A stretch of DNA of 64,000 nt, from NCBI GenBank assembly GCA_051362555.1, contig CM120640.1, positions 50,632,788-50,696,787 on the forward strand, read 5' to 3'. Positions within the stretch are counted from its first letter, which is position 1. Each line of letters begins with the position of its first letter. Shown piece after piece: positions 60,404-64,000 of this stretch. The notes below the pieces were generated by a model. That model made no database searches. It had not been told where the DNA came from and worked only from the letters and a program-made list of their open reading frames with translations. The position numbers were made by a program, and so were the translations under genes. The stretch is from Lingula anatina (taxonomy: Eukaryota > Animalia > Brachiopoda).

Positions 60404-63400
60404 TGAAAATGTGTCTACTGACAAATTAATTCCGATAAAAACATCAGTGCCTTCACTGGTGGAGATAATAAAAAATTAAAAAGAGTTTATCGTCCTTTGT
60501 GATATGTGTCGGGCACGCGCTCATAATGACTGTATGGTAACCGTTATAACAGATCTCGCACCGTTCTTGACGTAACGGTACAGAAATAAACTAAAAGCGT
60601 CTCAAAAGGTTGTAAAGAACCGTCTTTGATCAAAATTTTGATTGTTTTGACTAAAGCAGTGGATCATACCTGAGGAATAACCTACGGCTGTCAATTTTTT
60701 GTACCTGAGGCACAGGGTCTCGGTGAACTGATCAGGTGGGTGGATTCGTGTGATCAGAGGTTATCTGATAACAATCAAAATAGCCGATCAGGCCCTTAAG
60801 CTGGAAGTAAGAGGTATTTTTCAAGTAATTACCCAGCCAAGCAATCTCTTTCTTATATAAAATGCAGAACCCTACAGTATAATGAAGAATTTAAATTTAT
60901 ATGTCATGCTTAAAATTTTGAAAACAACAACAACAACAGAGCGCGTCAAGAGCACAAACCTTTTGAGGAGAAAAATATTATTGACGTTCTACGTAAAATA
61001 TTAGCTGACCAGGATTCAGTTCAAGTTGCATTTTCCCTCTCCTTGCCTCCGTGATGAATTTGTCAATTTTTCCCAAGAATCATTTTGGAAAAAAATGTGT
61101 CTAATAGCAAATATCATTAAACAAACATGAACACATCACAAGTTAGAGTTTATCGGCAATTGCGACATGTGCCGGGCACGCGATAAGGTGGTACTCATAA
61201 TGTCTGATATAGTATGAGTTACGACTGACTAGCATCGAGTTACCTCGCTCTTTTTTTTTTGACGTAACGGAACAGAAATAGTGAAAGTGTCTCAGAGAGC
61301 TGTATGGAACCACACTTTTGGTTGTTTTATCCATTTCAGTGGATCATACCCGAGGAATAACGTACGGCTGTCATTTTTTATACCTGCGGCACAGAGCCTC
61401 TATGAACTGATCAGGTAGTCGGTTTACCTGTGATCAAAAGTAATCTGATAAAAATCCTGATAGCGGATCAATCCCTTGTGCTGACAGTCAAGACTATGTT
61501 TCAGGCTATTACTCATCCAAGAAATCACATTATTTAATAAAATAACAGAAACTTGAAAACGTTGAAAATCCAATTTTATTGAATACAAATTTGTCCACGC
61601 ATTCTCACTGATACTAAATTTGCACAATGAGTTTGTGAAGGTCGTTAATGACGCTAATATTAAGAACAAAAATAAAAAATTATAACAGATACCGGCATTC
61701 CATTTGAATTGTTTGAATCAAGATAATCACTGAAAACGGTGACCAAGACGGTGACCTCTACGTTTGAGTTTTTAGGACTACAGACTTCTGTTCTCCTTTT
61801 AACTTCAACAAAACTCTTGTGAAGTAACAAAAATGCCAGGACAACCGCTACATGTGCTGATGACGAAGACGTTGACATGTCGGACAATTTTTGCCATTTA
61901 ATTTGTGTTTCAAAGATGTTTTATTTCTGTGATAGTAGCGAATATACACAAATATAACACATAATATATAAGTATGAATATATTAATATAGGTCCATTCC
62001 TATAGGCTTACGATGTCTCATGTTTTACCAATACTTATATAATAGCTTCTTTTTGAGCCGGAGACACTTAAATGAAACCTCGCTGTCTTTTTGTGAAAGT
62101 CTGTGAAGAGCACTCGAGGTCTCTCCTCAACCACCTCCTGTTCAGGAAAGATACAATACCTCATTTTGCTCAGTTTGTTTATCTGGTCGAAATGATGGTT
62201 TCTTTTTCGTATCTGAGGCATTGGTAAATACTGACCAGTATTTGAATTTTATCTGAACGGTATAAAATAATCAAAAAAACTAAAGTTACAAATATCTCAT
62301 TTATTAAGGTTGCAATACAAAGCGTACATTTTCTAATTTAGCAATATATAATGCTTTTACTTCTGGGTGATATTATTCCAGAGTCATGTAGAAGGATCAA
62401 TCTGACAGACATAATAACTTAACAAGTTGAAGTCTTGTTTGTGTTTTGATATCTTTAAAATATACATGTATACAATATTGACAACTTATTGGCAATCTAT
62501 CACTTCAATCGTCACGAAATATCACAGTCACATGAAAACTTAGTATAAGCATTGATATAATACACACCAATTTTCAAATAATCAAGCAATTTTTGCGACT
62601 TAAATATGTGAAGCTGGAGGATTGTAAAGTCAAGGAGAAACAACCAATGCAAATGTGAATTAAGCGTTAATTTATTTAGGTTTTTTTTCTCATGCCCCCC
62701 AAAAGAGTACTTTTTTTACATAACAGTACCAAGTGAAAAATTAAACATAAATTTATACTGTGATTGACAATTAAAGTGAAATAATCACCAAAGATTGAGT
62801 TTATAGGACTACAGGCTTCTGTTCTCCGTTTAACTTCAACAAAACTCTTGTGAAGAAAAAAAAATATCCACCATAACAACCGTTACTTGTGCTGATGACG
62901 AAGACGTTGACACGTCTGCCGATTTTTGACATTTATGTTTAAAAGATTTATTTACACAAATATACACAAATATACACAAATATAGTATAGGTCCATCCCT
63001 ATAGGCTTACGAAGTCGCATGTTATTTTAATACTTCTTAAAAGAAACCTCGCTGTCTTTCTGTGAAAGTCTGTGAAGAGCACTCGAGGTCACTCCTCAAC
63101 CACCTCCTGATCAGGAAAGATACAATACCTCATTTTGCTTAGTTCTCTTATCTGGTCGATTAAGTTTAGTGAAATGATGTTTAGTGAATTTCTTTTTGGT
63201 ATCTGAGGCATTGGTAAATACTGACCAGTATTTGAATTTTATCTGAACGGTATCAAATAATTAGAAAAAATAAAGTTACATATATTTCATTTATTAGGGT
63301 TGCGATACAAAGTGTACATTTTCTATAATTGGCAATATATAACGCTTTTACCACTGGATGATATTATTCCAGAGTCATGTAGAAGAATAAATCTGACAAG

Positions 63401-63771
63401 CATAATAACTTAACACGCTGAAAACGTTATTGTTTGTGTTTTGATATCTTTTAAATATACATGTATACAATATTGACAACTTATTGGCAACCTATCACTT
63501 CAACCGTCACAAAATATCACAGTCACATGAAAACTTAGTATAAACATTGATATAGTACACCCCAATTTTTAAATTATCAAGCAACTTTGGCGACTCCAGC
63601 AACAACATGAATTGGGAAATATACATGTACAATCACTTCATCTTACATGGATAATCCTCGATATAATAGGAAACGTAATAAAAAGGAAAAGTTTGCATAT
63701 TTGGTCAATATGTGACCTTTTTTTCACAGCTTTTTTTGTACATTGCTAATCAGTTAAAATTACAGTTTGCA

Positions 63772-64000
63772 TTATGAGTGGTGGCTCCTTTTGTGTCGTA
63801 ACATATTCCCAGACTGACTGAATGATTTTCCACACACATCACACGAGTAAGGTTTCTCTCCGGTGTGGATACGTTGATGTTTGTTACAGGTAGAGGCGTC
63901 AGCAAAGCGGCGGTGGCACGTGGGACACTGGTAAGGACGCTCTCCAGTGTGAAGGCGAATGTGGGTCTTCAGAGAGCACATCTGCGTAAAGCACTTGCTG
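63772..64000 (-). CDS. Glass-like C2H2 zinc-finger protein, copy 3 (3' end; truncated by window)
   Basis: Peptide identical to the copy 2 C-terminus; same 3' flank. Confidence 0.85.
   Translation of the reverse strand, partial: SKCFTQMCSLKTHIRLHTGERPYQCPTCHRRFADASTCNKHQRIHTGEKPYSCDVCGKSFSQSGNMLRHKRSHHS

Larger units (their letters stand above)
52768..64000. repeat. Tandem segmental array, periods 4960 and 6044 bp
   Basis: Stop codons at 52768, 57728 and 63772; intergenic DNA is homologous. Unit 2 has an extra copy of the 56715-57550 block (about 61770-62600 and 62780-63590). Confidence 0.92.

Noticed and set aside
62018-62221. 67-aa minus-strand ORF MPQIRKRN
   Set aside because: Frameshifted in the homologous copy at ~57160, and the copy at ~63210 also carries indels.

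Overview
AT-rich, intron-containing animal genomic DNA, most consistent with a marine invertebrate; a lophotrochozoan is plausible but cannot be proven from this window. Left to right: (1) 42-7000 is a transposon graveyard with a non-autonomous hAT-like element carrying a 6-bp TSD, a DIRS1 fragment abutting a decayed Ngaro-type tyrosine-recombinase retrotransposon with split direct repeats, and an isolated RecQ-helicase exon. (2) A complete 7-exon ARMC7 gene (minus, 8545-23542, 197 aa) has introns 3-4 filled by about 10.5 kb of composite Helentron/HINE-like repeats. (3) A 286-bp bidirectional promoter leads to a complete 17-exon AMPK catalytic alpha subunit gene (plus, 23829-35819, 542 aa). 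(4) Three single-coding-exon, low-complexity orphan ORFs, an intronless rhodopsin-class GPCR, MITEs and a palindromic Tc1 derivative. (5) From 52.7 kb to the window end, a 5-6 kb-period tandem array of glass-like C2H2 zinc-finger genes separated by repeated TGATCA/CAGGTA/TATA modules. Gene models were assembled by hand from GT-AG sites and reading frame. Family assignments rest on recalled motifs, not database searches.
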